Made by a program: the position numbers and the translations under genes
In this document: piece after piece, positions 42,781-52,193 of the stretch
Position numbering within the stretch: position 1 is the stretch's first letter
Layout: every line of letters begins with the position of its first letter
Notes under the pieces: model-generated
What the model was told of the DNA's origin: nothing
The model's input: the letters and a program-made list of their open reading frames with translations, nothing else
Databases searched by the model: none
Origin: Candidatus Multivorans sp.
GTDB taxonomy: Bacteria > Acidobacteriota > Thermoanaerobaculia > Multivoradales > Multivoraceae
NCBI GenBank assembly: GCA_965247095.1
Contig: OZ251997.1
Coordinates: 3,680,001 to 3,744,000 of the forward strand
Length of the DNA: 64,000 nucleotides
Direction of reading: 5' to 3'

Positions 42781-44601
42781 CTATCGCGACGCGACCGCGT
42801 CGCCGGCGGAGCTGCGGATCGTCTCTTCCAGCCTGCCCTTGCGCAGGAGTTCGCTGAACACGTGCGGCGCCTGGTTCGGTCGGTAGAGGGCGTAGAAGGG
42901 GATGCCGTAGCGTCCGAAGCTCGCGAGGTAGCGGGCGATGCCATCGTCTCGATTGGTCCAGTCGGCCTGCATCGCTACCACGTCGTAGCGGGCAAAGAGC
43001 GCGGCCGTCTCCTCGGTCTCGAGAACGAGCCGTTCGTTCACCTTGCAGGTGGCGCACCAGTCCGCGGTGACGTCGACGAAGACCAACCGCCCCTCGTCGG
43101 CGAGAGTCACCGCCTGGACCGGGTCGAAGGGAACCCAGTTCAGGACGCGCTCGATGCCGGGTCCGGCGCCGCCGCCGCCGGAGTGGGCCGATGCGCCGTT
43201 GGCGAGAACCAGGACGAAGAGGGCCGCGGCCACCGCTCCGACGCGTCCGAGGATGCGCGGCGCCGCCCCCCGCGAGCGTCCCTGCAGCCAGACGAAGAGG
43301 GCGAGCACAAGCAACCCGACCTCGACAAAGGCGAGCCGGGCGCTGTCCATCTGGGCGGCGAGGACGTAGAGGAGCCAGACCGTCGTGCCGGCGATCAGGA
43401 AGCCCATGATGCCGCGCAGCGTCGCCATCCACTCACCGGGTCTCGGCAGCAGCCGGGTCGCGTTGGGGACCGCCGCCAGCAGCAGGTAGGGCGCCGCGAG
43501 TCCAACGCCGACCGCGGTGAAGGTGGCCACGACTGTGGCTGCCGGCTGGCTCAGCGCGAAGCCGACCGCGGTGCCGAGGAAGGGCGCCGAGCAGGGCGTC
43601 GCCATCAGGGTCGCGAAGACGCCCGAGAAGAAGTGTCCGGAGTAGCCCTCGCTCTGGCCGCCGCCCAGGCGGTTGCTGATCGCCTGCGGCAACTGGATCT
43701 CGAACACGCCCCATATGTTCAGGCTGAAGAGAGTGAGGACCAGGGCCAGGAAGGTGACGAACAGGGGGTTCTGGAATTGGATCCCCCAACCGATCGCCTG
43801 GCCGGCCGAGCGGGCAAGCAGGGTCGCCGCCGCGAGCACCCAGAACGAGACGAGGATGCCCAGGGTCGTCATCAGCGCGCCCGCCGTGATCTCCCGGCGG
43901 GGCCGGCCCGAAGCCTGGGCCAGTCCGAAGAGCTTGAGCGACACGATCGGCAGCACGCACGGCATGCCGTTCAGGATCAGACCGCCGAGCAGAGCCGCAA
44001 AGAGAGCGGCGAACAGCCCCAGGGCGCCGGCGGAGGCGCCGGTGGGTGCGGCCGGCGTACTCTCGAAGGCCGGATGTCCGGTCGCTTCGCCGGTGGCGCC
44101 GATCTCAAGCGAAACCGTTGCTTCGGCGGTGATCGGTGGCAGGCATTGAATGTCGTCGCACGCCTGGTAGGTGAGTTCGACCTGTACTTCGGCCGTGCCG
44201 GCGACCGCGTCGGCGGGCACATCGAGTTCCGCGTGGATGACCGCCTCGTGTTCGTAGACCGCCAGCGGATCCTCCGCGAACTCGAATTGCCACATGACGT
44301 GGTCCGGATAGCTCACTTCGGGCTGCGGCCAGCCGGCGGGCAGCTCGAAGGCGATCACGGTGGGGATCAGGTAGTCGAAGCTCGGCGTGTGGCTCTGGAT
44401 GTGCCAGCCGTCGTCGATGGTGACGACCGCGGCGATGCGCACCGAGTCACCGGCAGCGTAGGAGGTGAGGTCGGCGACGGCCTCAAGCGAGGCCTTCGAA
44501 GGCGGCCTGAACTGGCCGCCCGCGACGGCCGCCAGGCACAGAACCGCGGCGACGGCGGTCCCCGCCCCTGCTCCGAACCTGCTGTTACGATCCTGATCCA
44601 T
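42781..44601 (-). CDS. dsbD: DsbD-family thiol:disulfide interchange protein
   Basis: N-domain YQACDDIQCLPP; TM domain MPCVLP and ATPCSAP; thioredoxin domain TADWCATC. Confidence 0.92.
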   Translation of the reverse strand: MDQDRNSRFGAGAGTAVAAVLCLAAVAGGQFRPPSKASLEAVADLTSYAAGDSVRIAAVVTIDDGWHIQSHTPSFDYLIPTVIAFELPAGWPQPEVSYPDHVMWQFEFAEDPLAVYEHEAVIHAELDVPADAVAGTAEVQVELTYQACDDIQCLPPITAEATVSLEIGATGEATGHPAFESTPAAPTGASAGALGLFAALFAALLGGLILNGMPCVLPIVSLKLFGLAQASGRPRREITAGALMTTLGILVSFWVLAAATLLARSAGQAIGWGIQFQNPLFVTFLALVLTLFSLNIWGVFEIQLPQAISNRLGGGQSEGYSGHFFSGVFATLMATPCSAPFLGTAVGFALSQPAATVVATFTAVGVGLAAPYLLLAAVPNATRLLPRPGEWMATLRGIMGFLIAGTTVWLLYVLAAQMDSARLAFVEVGLLVLALFVWLQGRSRGAAPRILGRVGAVAAALFVLVLANGASAHSGGGGAGPGIERVLNWVPFDPVQAVTLADEGRLVFVDVTADWCATCKVNERLVLETEETAALFARYDVVAMQADWTNRDDGIARYLASFGRYGIPFYALYRPNQAPHVFSELLRKGRLEETIRSSAGDAVASR

Positions 44602-45787
44602 GCCTTCCGGTGAGCGCGAGTCGGCGACGATGGCTGTCTCCCGGCGGGTGGCCGAGTTGCGCCGCGAGGGGGTCGAGGTCTTCGACCTGGGAGCCGGTGA
44701 ACCCGACTTCCCCTCGCCGGAGACAGCCGTTAGGGCTGCACAACGAGCCCTCGACGAGGGCCGGACCAAGTATACGGTGCTCGAAGGCACGCCCGAACTG
44801 AGAGCGGCGCTGGCGGCCCGGTACGGCAGCCAGGGAGCGCCCTGGAGCGCGGCCAACGTGCTGGTCACGGTGGGCGCCAAGGCGGCGCTCTACGAGCTTG
44901 CACGGGCGTTTCTGTCGCCCGGCGACGAAGTCGTGGTGCCGACGCCGGCCTGGGTCAGCATTCCGGCCCAGGTACGGCTCGCGGGCGCTACGGCGGTCAC
45001 GGTGCCGATGGCGGCCGGGGACGGTTTCGCGATTCGGGCACAGCCTCTGCTCGAGGCGATGTCGGAGCGGACGCGGGCGGTGATCGTCAACTCGCCGTGC
45101 AACCCCACCGGCGCGGTCGTTTCGGTCCTCGACCTGGAGCGGATTGCGTCCGCCTGCGCCGAGCGGGGCGCCCTGCTGATCTCCGACGAGACCTATGAGC
45201 GGTTCATCTACGACGGCGAACGGCACGCCAGCGTCGCGTCGCTGGCGGCCAGGTATCCGGAGACCGTCGTGCTCGTTGGGTCCTTCTCGAAGACCTACGC
45301 CATGACCGGCTGGCGGCTCGGCTACCTGCTCGGCGCCCCTTCGGTGGTTGCCGCGGCGGCCGCGGTGCAGAGCCACGTGACCTCGAATGCGACCTCGTTC
45401 GCGATGGCCGGCGCCGAGGCGGTGCTGGAGCGCGAGCCGCCTGAGGCAGCCGCTCTGGTGGCGGCGTGCGCGCGGCGCCGCCGGCTGGTGCTGGCGGAGT
45501 TGGGCCGGATTCCGGGCGTGGTTTGCCCACCGCCGGCCGGCGCCTTCTATGCGTTCCCGGACGTGAGCGCCTGGTTCGACGAGCGCTGTCCCGACTCCGC
45601 GGCTTTCTGTCGCCGCCTGCTCGATGAGGCCGGTGTCGCTACGACACCTGGTTCGGCATTCGGCTGCGAGGGCCACATTCGCCTGTCCTACGCCTGCAGC
45701 GACCAGATGCTGGTCTCGGGGCTGGAGCGGATCGCCCGGCTTCTGAGTGGGCCAGGGGTCGCCGCCGGCAGGAGGCGTGCAGGATGA
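44600..45787 (+). CDS. PLP-dependent class I (aspartate-type) aminotransferase
   Basis: GAGEPDF, NSPCNPTG, SDETY, SFSKTYAMTGWRLG, GAFY. Confidence 0.93.
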   Translation: MPSGERESATMAVSRRVAELRREGVEVFDLGAGEPDFPSPETAVRAAQRALDEGRTKYTVLEGTPELRAALAARYGSQGAPWSAANVLVTVGAKAALYELARAFLSPGDEVVVPTPAWVSIPAQVRLAGATAVTVPMAAGDGFAIRAQPLLEAMSERTRAVIVNSPCNPTGAVVSVLDLERIASACAERGALLISDETYERFIYDGERHASVASLAARYPETVVLVGSFSKTYAMTGWRLGYLLGAPSVVAAAAAVQSHVTSNATSFAMAGAEAVLEREPPEAAALVAACARRRRLVLAELGRIPGVVCPPPAGAFYAFPDVSAWFDERCPDSAAFCRRLLDEAGVATTPGSAFGCEGHIRLSYACSDQMLVSGLERIARLLSGPGVAAGRRRAG

Positions 45788-46908
45788 GACCGTTGGTCGG
45801 CAGCCTCGCCTTCCCCATCTTCACCCTGTTCGGAATCCGCGTGCGGGTCCACTTCACGTTCCTCCTGCTCCTGGTCTGGATCGCGGTGCTGGCGCCGAGC
45901 TCGGGGAGCAACGCCGGGCTGCTCGGCCTGGTCGTTGTGGGGCTGCTTGCGAGCGTCATCGCGCACGAGTTGAGCCACGCCCTGGCCGCTCGCCGGTACG
46001 GGATCGAGACCCGCGAGATTGTGCTGACGCCGATCGGGGGTGTGGCCCGTCTGGACGGCTATCCGCAGGGCTCGGCGGAGTTGGCGATCGCGGCCGCCGG
46101 TCCGTTGCTGAACCTGGGCCTGGCGACGGTTCTCTTCTTCGGGCTGGTGGTGGCCGGGCTGCCGCCGTGGGGCGCCGGCGCCGTCGTCGATCTGCCTTCG
46201 GCGCTGCAGTGGTTGCTGTTCGGCAACCTGTGCCTGTTCGCGCTCAATCTGCTGCCCGCGTTTCCCCTCGACGGCGGCCGCATCCTCCGCGCGGCGCTGT
46301 CCTTCTTCCTGGGTCAGGAACGGGCGACCAAGATCGCTACCCGGCTGGGGATGGTGCTGGCGGCGCTGCTGGGGCTGGCCGCCCTCGTGCCGTGGACCCT
46401 TGGCGTGCCGTTCAACGTGCTTCTGCTTCTGACTGCCTTCTTCGTGCTGGTGGGAGCGAGCCGCGAGTCCTCCCTGGTGCGGACGTTGCAGGTCCTGCAG
46501 GGCCGCCGCGCGGGGGAAGCGATGATGACCCGCTGCGAACGGCTGGCGCCGCAGGACACGATCGAGTGGGCGGTGCGCCTGCTGCTCTCCACCACCCAGC
46601 GCCAGTTCCCGGTCGTGGATGGCTGGGGACGGGTCGCTGGCGAGGTGGACCGCGATCGCCTGCTCGAACTCGTCGCCCGTTGCCCGGGCGACACGCCGTT
46701 ACTCGAACTGATGAATCGCGAGCCGCTGACCGTGACCGAGGACTGCGACCTGCTGGAGGTGTTGCGGCAGTTGCAGAGTTCAGCGCGTGCGCTCTGGGTG
46801 GTCCGGGATCACGAGCTGCGTGGCATGCTCACCGCGGACGGCCTGTCGCAGTTCGTGGAGGTGTGCAATCGGCTTCGACACCGCGACCCCGGCGCGGTGC
46901 GGCCCTGA
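45784..46908 (+). CDS. Site-2 protease (M50) with CBS pair
   Basis: HELSH, NLLPAFPLDGG, C-terminal CBS domains. Confidence 0.92.
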   Translation: MRPLVGSLAFPIFTLFGIRVRVHFTFLLLLVWIAVLAPSSGSNAGLLGLVVVGLLASVIAHELSHALAARRYGIETREIVLTPIGGVARLDGYPQGSAELAIAAAGPLLNLGLATVLFFGLVVAGLPPWGAGAVVDLPSALQWLLFGNLCLFALNLLPAFPLDGGRILRAALSFFLGQERATKIATRLGMVLAALLGLAALVPWTLGVPFNVLLLLTAFFVLVGASRESSLVRTLQVLQGRRAGEAMMTRCERLAPQDTIEWAVRLLLSTTQRQFPVVDGWGRVAGEVDRDRLLELVARCPGDTPLLELMNREPLTVTEDCDLLEVLRQLQSSARALWVVRDHELRGMLTADGLSQFVEVCNRLRHRDPGAVRP

Positions 46909-46947
46909 ACTGTTAGAGTCGGGTGCTCTCAGTAGAAGGAGAGGCGC

Positions 46948-47610
46948 GTGAGCGACGACGCAGACGACGCAAAGGGATCTGGATTCTCTCGCCGGTCGTT
47001 CCTGCGCGGCGGCGCAGCCGGGGCCCTCTCGGGTGGTCTGGCGGCGAGTCTGCTGCCGGGAGACGCCGCCGCTGCCGCCGCGGCGAAGGATGTAGAGGGC
47101 GCCCCGACCCTCGGGCCGGGTGCGGTCGAAGTCGAACTCGAAGTGAACGGCGTCGCCCGCCGTCTGGAAGTGGCGCCGCGGGTCACGCTGCTCGACGGGC
47201 TGCGCGACCGCCTGGACGTCACCGGCCCGAAGAGAGTCTGCGACCGCGGCACCTGCGGCGCCTGCACGGTGCTCGAGGACGGCCGTCCGATCTACGCATG
47301 CAGCCGGTTGATGATCGAGTCCGCGGGACGCAGCATCACGACGGTCGAGGGATTGGGCTCGCCGGATGCCATGCACGACGTGCAGCAGGCCTTCGTGGAG
47401 AACGATGCGCAGCAGTGCGGCTACTGCACGCCTGGCTTCGTGGTCGCCACCGCGGCGCTGCTGGCGCGCAGCCCGACGCCGTCCGAGCAGGAAATCGAAG
47501 CCGGACTGGGCGGCAACTTCTGCCGCTGCGGAACCTACATGGGCATCCGCGCCGTGGTCGGCGGCCCGGGCCTTGCTGGAGGGAACAGCGGAGGACACGG
47601 CGGTGGCTGA
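46948..47610 (+). CDS. Xanthine/aldehyde oxidoreductase family 2x[2Fe-2S] subunit with Tat signal (PaoA/YagT-like)
   Basis: FSRRSFL Tat motif; CDRGTCGAC, QCGYCTPG, CRCG. Confidence 0.93.
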   Translation: MSDDADDAKGSGFSRRSFLRGGAAGALSGGLAASLLPGDAAAAAAAKDVEGAPTLGPGAVEVELEVNGVARRLEVAPRVTLLDGLRDRLDVTGPKRVCDRGTCGACTVLEDGRPIYACSRLMIESAGRSITTVEGLGSPDAMHDVQQAFVENDAQQCGYCTPGFVVATAALLARSPTPSEQEIEAGLGGNFCRCGTYMGIRAVVGGPGLAGGNSGGHGGG

Positions 47611-49732
47611 CTATTTCTGGCCCGAGGCGGAGCGTAGGGGCCAGATCGGCCACCGTCCGGCGCGCCTCGACGGTCCGGTCAAGTCGACCGGTTTCGCCAA
47701 GTACCCGTCGGACCAGAATCCGCCGGGTCTTCTGGCCGGGAAGATCCTGACCTGCCCCCACGCCCACGCCCGCGTCGTGGCGATCGACGTGTCGGCGGCG
47801 GAGGCGATTCCCGGCGTGCGCGTCGTCCACGTGATCCAGGGCGAGGGTTCCGAGATCCAGTGGGCGGGCGACGAGGTGGCGGCGGTCGCCGCGGAGACCG
47901 AGGACGTTGCTCGCGACGCGCTGCGGGCGATTCAGGTCGAGTATGAAGTGCTGCCCCACTTCGTCACGGAAGAACATCGTGACCGTGCGCCGGCGGCGCA
48001 GCCGGGCGCCGAGCGGACCGTCGGCGACCCGGACGCCGCCTTCGCCTCCGCGCACCGCACCGTCGAGCAGACGCTTGGGATGCCCCAGATGGCCCACATG
48101 TGCCTCGAACCCCACGGCCAGGTCGCGGCCTGGGACGGCGACGAACTCGAGGTCCATGCCTCGACCCAGGCGGTCTCCACTCTCGCCGGCCAGTTCGCCT
48201 CCGAACTGGGCATACCGGCGACCCAGGTGCGGATCCGGACCGAGTACATGGGCGGCGGCTTCGGCTCCAAGTTCTCGCCGGACCGCTGGGGCATCGTCGG
48301 CGCTGAACTCGCGCGCAAGGCCGGAGGGCCGGTCAAGCTGTTCCTGGAGCGGGATCAGGAAGTGTCGGTGGCAGGCAGCCGGCCGTCCGCTTTCGCCCGG
48401 GTCCGGGTGGCGGCGGACGAGCAGGGCAAGCTGGTGGCCTGGGACTCGGACTCCTGGGGCTCGGGCGGTCTGCCGGGCACCGGCCAGACGCCGCTGCCGT
48501 ACGTGTTCAGCAAGCTGCCGAACCGGCGCCTGCGCCACACGTCGGTGCCGACGAATCTGGCCGGATCGCGAGCCTGGAGGGCGCCCAATCACCCGCAGGC
48601 GTGCTTCCTGACCATGGCCAGCCTGGACGATCTGGCGAACGAACTGGACCTCGACCCGATCGACTTCCTGGACCGGAACCTGGACTTCACCGGCCGGGCC
48701 GACGTTTACCGGGAAGAGCTGGCGATCGCCGCCGGGATGGCTGGGTGGAAGGAACGCTGGCAGCCGCGGAAGAGGTCCCGGGAGGGCGCCCTTCAGCGCG
48801 GCCTGGGGGTTTCGATTCACACCTGGGGCGGGCGCGGCCATGCAAGCAACTGCGACGTGACCGTGCACCCGGACGGCGCGGTCGAGGCCCGGCTCGGCTC
48901 TCAGGACATCGGTACCGGGACGCGAACCATCGTTGCCCAGGTGCTGGCCGAGACGTTCGGCCTCGAGCTGGACCAGGTGCGGGTGTCCCTGGGCGACAAC
49001 CGGTTCCCGCAGTCGGGTCCGTCCGGCGGCAGTTCGACGGTCGGCGGGGTTTGCGCCTCGACCCGGCGCGCGGCGCAGGATGCCCTGCGCGAAGTCCTGG
49101 CGCGAGTCGCCCCCCAACTCGAGGCGGCGCCGGAGCAGTTGGCGGCGGCAAGGGGCCGCGTGTTCGTGGAGGGCGAGCCCTCGCGCGGGGTGTCGTGGTC
49201 CGATGCGGCGGCTCAGATCGGCGGCGCACCGGTCAGCGCGCAGGGGCGCAATCCCGGCCCCGGCCGGCTGATATCGAGCGGCGTCGGCGGCGTGCAGATC
49301 GCAGAGGTAGAGGTGGACATGGACACCGGCGTGGTGCACGTGGAACGGATGATCGCGGTCCAGGACTGCGGCCTGGTCATCAACCGGCGGCTCGCGGAGA
49401 GTCAGGTCTACGGCGGTCTGATCATGGGCGTCGGCTACGCGTTGTTCGAAGAGTCGATTCCGGATCCGGTCACGGGCCGGCTGCTGAACGCGGACATGGA
49501 GTTCTACAAGCTGGCGGGCCTGGTGGACGTCGGATCGCTGGAAGTCCACATGATGACCGGTCCCGGCTACGACGAGCGGGGCGTGATCGGCCTAGGGGAG
49601 CCGCCCGTGATCTCGCCCGGCGCCGCGCTCAGCAACGCGGTGGCGAATGCGATCGGGGTTCGCGTGCCCTACCTGCCGCTGACGCCGGACCGCGTGCTGG
49701 ACGCGCTGGCGGGCCGTGGAGGGATCGCCTGA
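47603..49732 (+). CDS. Molybdopterin-binding subunit (PaoC/YagR-like)
   Basis: HMCLEPH, GGGFGSK, WRAPN, QDIGTG, SGGS, GLGEPP catalytic Glu, NAVANA.G.R...LPLTP. Confidence 0.93.
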   Translation: MADYFWPEAERRGQIGHRPARLDGPVKSTGFAKYPSDQNPPGLLAGKILTCPHAHARVVAIDVSAAEAIPGVRVVHVIQGEGSEIQWAGDEVAAVAAETEDVARDALRAIQVEYEVLPHFVTEEHRDRAPAAQPGAERTVGDPDAAFASAHRTVEQTLGMPQMAHMCLEPHGQVAAWDGDELEVHASTQAVSTLAGQFASELGIPATQVRIRTEYMGGGFGSKFSPDRWGIVGAELARKAGGPVKLFLERDQEVSVAGSRPSAFARVRVAADEQGKLVAWDSDSWGSGGLPGTGQTPLPYVFSKLPNRRLRHTSVPTNLAGSRAWRAPNHPQACFLTMASLDDLANELDLDPIDFLDRNLDFTGRADVYREELAIAAGMAGWKERWQPRKRSREGALQRGLGVSIHTWGGRGHASNCDVTVHPDGAVEARLGSQDIGTGTRTIVAQVLAETFGLELDQVRVSLGDNRFPQSGPSGGSSTVGGVCASTRRAAQDALREVLARVAPQLEAAPEQLAAARGRVFVEGEPSRGVSWSDAAAQIGGAPVSAQGRNPGPGRLISSGVGGVQIAEVEVDMDTGVVHVERMIAVQDCGLVINRRLAESQVYGGLIMGVGYALFEESIPDPVTGRLLNADMEFYKLAGLVDVGSLEVHMMTGPGYDERGVIGLGEPPVISPGAALSNAVANAIGVRVPYLPLTPDRVLDALAGRGGIA

Positions 49733-49824
49733 TGCGACCCTTCAGCTACGCCGCGCCGACCACGGTGGCGGGCCGTGGAGGGATTGCCTGATGCGACCCT
49801 TCAGTTACGCCGCGCCGACCGCGG
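49707..49824 (+). repeat. 59-bp tandem duplication across the Mo/FAD subunit junction
   Basis: 49707-49765 versus 49766-49824, 3 mismatches. Confidence 0.95.
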
Positions 49825-50765
49825 TCGAACAGGCGGTCAGCCTGCTGGAAGCCGAGGGCAGCGAAGTCCTCGCGGGCGGAACGGATCTCCTGAGCCTGCT
49901 CAAGGACGATGTCGAGCAGGTCGAGCGGCTGGTGGCGCTGCGCGGCGTCGGAGATCTTTCCGGCATCGACGCCTCTGGCGGCCGACTCCGGGTGGGCTCG
50001 ATGACGACGCTGCAGGAGCTGCGGGACCACGCCGAAGCGATCGCCGCTGTGCCGGCGCTGGGGACCGCGATCGACGGCGTGGCCAGCGCGCAGTTGCGGG
50101 CCATGGGCACCGTCGGCGGCGATCTGCTCCAGCGCCCGCGCTGCTGGTACTACCGCCGCGGCCACGGTCTGCTCGCTCTGGGAGAGGATGGCCGGTCGAT
50201 GGTCGCCGAAGGCGACAACCGGTACCACGCGATCTTCGCGGATGGCGACGCGCGCTTCGTGAGCCCCTCCAGCCTGGCGCCGCTCCTGATAGCGCTCGGG
50301 GCGGAGGCGACGGTCCGGGGGCCGGATGGTGAGCGGCGCGTGCCGGTGGAGGCCTTGTACCGCGCGCCGCAGGTTGAAGGGGAGCGCGAGAACACGCTGG
50401 GACCCGGCGAGCTGCTGGTCGAAGTGACGGTCAGTGTGGGCGCCGCCCGCGGAGCGGTGTACGAGGTCCGTCAGCGCCGGTCCTTGGACTGGCCGCTGAT
50501 GGCGGCCGCGGTTTCCCTGACCGGAGAGGCGCCACGGGTGGACCAGGCGCGGATCGTGCTGGGCCACGCCGCTCCTACTCCCTATCTCGCCGCCGCGGCC
50601 GGCGACCTGCTGGCTGGTGGCGAGCTGACGCCGCAACGGATCGAAGAGGCCGCGGAGGCGGCGGTGGAGGGCGCCCGGCCGATGAGCGGCAATCGGTACA
50701 AGGTACAGCTCGCCAGGGTTGCAGTGAGGCGAGCGCTTGAGCGCGCCGCCCGGATGGAGGCTTGA
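49791..50765 (+). CDS. FAD-binding subunit (PaoB/YagS-like)
   Basis: MRPFSY, LAGGTDL, ASAQLRAMGTVGG, QRPRCWYYR, N.YKV. Confidence 0.92.
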   Translation: MRPFSYAAPTAVEQAVSLLEAEGSEVLAGGTDLLSLLKDDVEQVERLVALRGVGDLSGIDASGGRLRVGSMTTLQELRDHAEAIAAVPALGTAIDGVASAQLRAMGTVGGDLLQRPRCWYYRRGHGLLALGEDGRSMVAEGDNRYHAIFADGDARFVSPSSLAPLLIALGAEATVRGPDGERRVPVEALYRAPQVEGERENTLGPGELLVEVTVSVGAARGAVYEVRQRRSLDWPLMAAAVSLTGEAPRVDQARIVLGHAAPTPYLAAAAGDLLAGGELTPQRIEEAAEAAVEGARPMSGNRYKVQLARVAVRRALERAARMEA

Positions 50766-50769
50766 CGTC

Positions 50770-51009
50770 ATGGCTGACCGACTGGCTGCTGCTGAAGCGC
50801 CGCAACTCTGCCGAAGGCTCCGTTGGAAGACGATGTTCATGGCCCTTGCCCCGCCGGATCCCGGCGCCGACATCGATCCCCAGCACGAGATCGACGACGG
50901 TTTCGTGTGGTGTACCCACAGCATGAACTGTCTCGGGCCGGACGGCACGGTAGCGTCCAAGGAACACTGCCGGGAGGGCCGCAGTTGCTTCGAAGGAGGT
51001 TCGACATGA
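50770..51009 (+). CDS. Small Cys-rich hypothetical protein (79 aa)
   Basis: LCRRLRWK...WCTHSMNCLGPDG......CREGRSCF; starts 4 nt after the FAD-subunit stop; ATGA-coupled to the next gene. Confidence 0.8.
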   Translation: MADRLAAAEAPQLCRRLRWKTMFMALAPPDPGADIDPQHEIDDGFVWCTHSMNCLGPDGTVASKEHCREGRSCFEGGST

Positions 51010-51686
51010 GACTTGCCGAGATGCAACGCCTGAACCGGGCCATGCTGGTCGCACTGGTTCTCCTCCTGCCCGCCGCGGCGCTGGGCGCCGGGGTGGAGGT
51101 CTCGGGCACCTACGTCGAAGCGCGGACCGCCGATGTCTACACCGGCCCCTGCTTCGCCAACTCGGAGGTCGGACTGGTTGGCAACGAGGCGATCATGGCC
51201 TGGCGGATCGAGGAGGGCGGCTGGGACGGCATCGACCTGGAGGGGCTCTCGGTGCTCGCCGTCGTGCGCTCCGAAGCCACGCTCGGCGATCCGTACGCCG
51301 AATCCGACGCCGCTGAGGCGGTCCTGATCGTGGACGCCGGTGCGGACCCGTCCCAGCGGCGCGCTCTCGAGGGTTTCGCGCGCGGAATGGGCGGTGAGTT
51401 GCTGGCGGATGTGGCCCTGGTCCAGACGGCAGAAGTCGAGTTCGACGTGCTGGCGAACGGGGCCGCGTCGGTAAGCGCCGGCGAGCTGGCGGCGTTGCGG
51501 ACCCGGCCACTCGATCACCGGGACCACCTGTGCGGGAACGAAACGGTCTTCTACCCGCCCTTGGCGCCAACTGACGGTGCGGCGCCGGGAGTCGCCGTCG
51601 AGCACAGTTGGCAGGGGAAAGGTCTCGGCGCCACCTGGAAGAGCCCCGGCAAGCGCAGCGCCTTCGTGGGCCGGTTCAGTCGTTAG
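51006..51686 (+). CDS. Exported DUF1326-like protein
   Basis: Signal peptide; GTYVEARTADVYTGPCFANSE, W.IEEG.W.G.DL.GL, VDAGA...QR.AL, HLCGNE. Confidence 0.75.
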   Translation: MRLAEMQRLNRAMLVALVLLLPAAALGAGVEVSGTYVEARTADVYTGPCFANSEVGLVGNEAIMAWRIEEGGWDGIDLEGLSVLAVVRSEATLGDPYAESDAAEAVLIVDAGADPSQRRALEGFARGMGGELLADVALVQTAEVEFDVLANGAASVSAGELAALRTRPLDHRDHLCGNETVFYPPLAPTDGAAPGVAVEHSWQGKGLGATWKSPGKRSAFVGRFSR

Positions 51687-51732
51687 AGCAGCCCCTTGGG
51701 GGATCCAAGCAGCCGCCCTTGCTGCCTTTGAG

Positions 51733-52080
51733 ATGATCATCAACAAGCGACAGATCGGCGATTCCAGTCTTCTGGCGGTGGAGGGCGTGATCAAGCTCGG
51801 ACAGAGCGCGCGTTTCCTTGCCGACGCGTTGAAGCGGAGTCTGTCCGAGGGCGACGGTCACGTTCTGCTCGACCTCTCGGACGTGAACTACATGGACTCG
51901 ACCGGGATCGGTGAACTCGTCGGTTACCTGGTGCGCCTTCGCGCCGAGGAACGGAAGCTGATCCTGATCCGGCCCTCCGAGCGGATCGTCCAGTTGCTCA
52001 CCGTCGCGGGTGTGGCGTCGCTCTTCCCGACGTACGACACCGTGGCGGAGGCCCTGGCTGCCGAGGCTGCCGAAACCTGA
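51733..52080 (+). CDS. STAS-domain anti-sigma factor antagonist
   Basis: LLDLSDVNYMDSTGIGEL with the phosphorylatable Ser. Confidence 0.9.
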   Translation: MIINKRQIGDSSLLAVEGVIKLGQSARFLADALKRSLSEGDGHVLLDLSDVNYMDSTGIGELVGYLVRLRAEERKLILIRPSERIVQLLTVAGVASLFPTYDTVAEALAAEAAET

Positions 52081-52193
52081 AGCCTCTCCCGGGCGCCCGT
52101 GCCGGCGCCTGTCGCGGCCTGATCGCGGCCTGATCGCCGTCAGGGCGCCGCGCGGCTGCGGGCATTCCGAGCCGTGACGGCAACGCTGTGTCC

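Noticed and set aside
49707-49824. CRISPR or att-site interpretation of the 59-bp repeat
   Set aside because: Two adjacent copies with no spacer, made of coding junction sequence; no cas or integrase genes nearby
52112-52137. 11-bp tandem repeat TCGCGGCCTGA x2 between convergent genes
   Set aside because: Too short; no array structure; probably slippage or part of a terminator-like hairpin
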